Assembly (NCBI RefSeq): GCF_044704955.1
Contig: NW_027254369.1
Coordinates: 310,001-374,000 of the forward strand
DNA from: Pristiophorus japonicus
Taxonomy: Eukaryota
Direction: 5' to 3'
DNA length: 64,000 bases
The notes under the pieces are model-generated. The model was given only the letters and a program-made list of their open reading frames with translations. It was not told the origin of the DNA and made no database searches. Position 1 is the stretch's first letter. Every line of letters begins with the position of its first letter. A program made the position numbers and the translations under genes. Below are positions 63,589 to 64,000 of the stretch, one piece after another.

Positions 63589-64000
63589 TAGAAATAAATT
63601 CTCAAAGTGGGGTCATTTTAACGTTTAGCGATAGTGCAAGGTGGACGATATTGGAGCGACGGCTCATTATACAACTCCCCTGATTTTCCTTTCCAATGGA
63701 TCAGGAGCGGGAATCTTGTCTCCTCTGGTCCCCTAGGCCCAGGGATGTAGTCACTTGATTGGATGGACGATCGGGTGGGTTCCCTCACGGGCACGAGCTC
63801 CCATTGTCTGGTCGATCCAACCGTCGCTTACACCGCAATGGGAACATCTGCCCTGGGAAGCTAGATAAGCAAACGGGGTGGGGGTGGGGGTGGGGGGGGG
63901 GGTTAGAGGAAGGAATAGAAGAATAGGCTGATAGGGTGTGATGAAGTAGGGGTGGGAGGAGGCTCGAATGGAGCATAAACACAGGCACGGACCTGTTGGG

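Overview
Repeat-rich vertebrate genomic DNA; the TE repertoire (CR1, L2, RTE, Deu-domain tRNA SINEs, Penelope remnants) points to a cartilaginous fish, probably a shark (inference). Almost all ORFs in the supplied track are TE remnants or repeat artefacts. The host gene is on the minus strand: three short coding exons (62515-62617, 60847-60997, 2707-2774) splice in phase into an Lbc-family RhoGEF, most likely ARHGEF18, and its C1 zinc finger is split by a ~58 kb intron (2775-60846). That intron holds a CpG-island promoter-like site with a non-coding first exon (donor at 42537) and a 123-nt phase-1/phase-1 exon (17878-18000) with its own ATG, which suggests internally initiated or C1-disrupted isoforms. 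It also holds a ~4.2-5.5 kb tandem duplication with a chimeric MITE at its junction, a non-coding RTE-tailed retroposon family, decayed Penelope hammerhead motifs, a ~180-bp inverted duplication, several minisatellites and two assembly gaps. Exon coordinates were counted by hand; TE boundaries are approximate. No database searches were possible.
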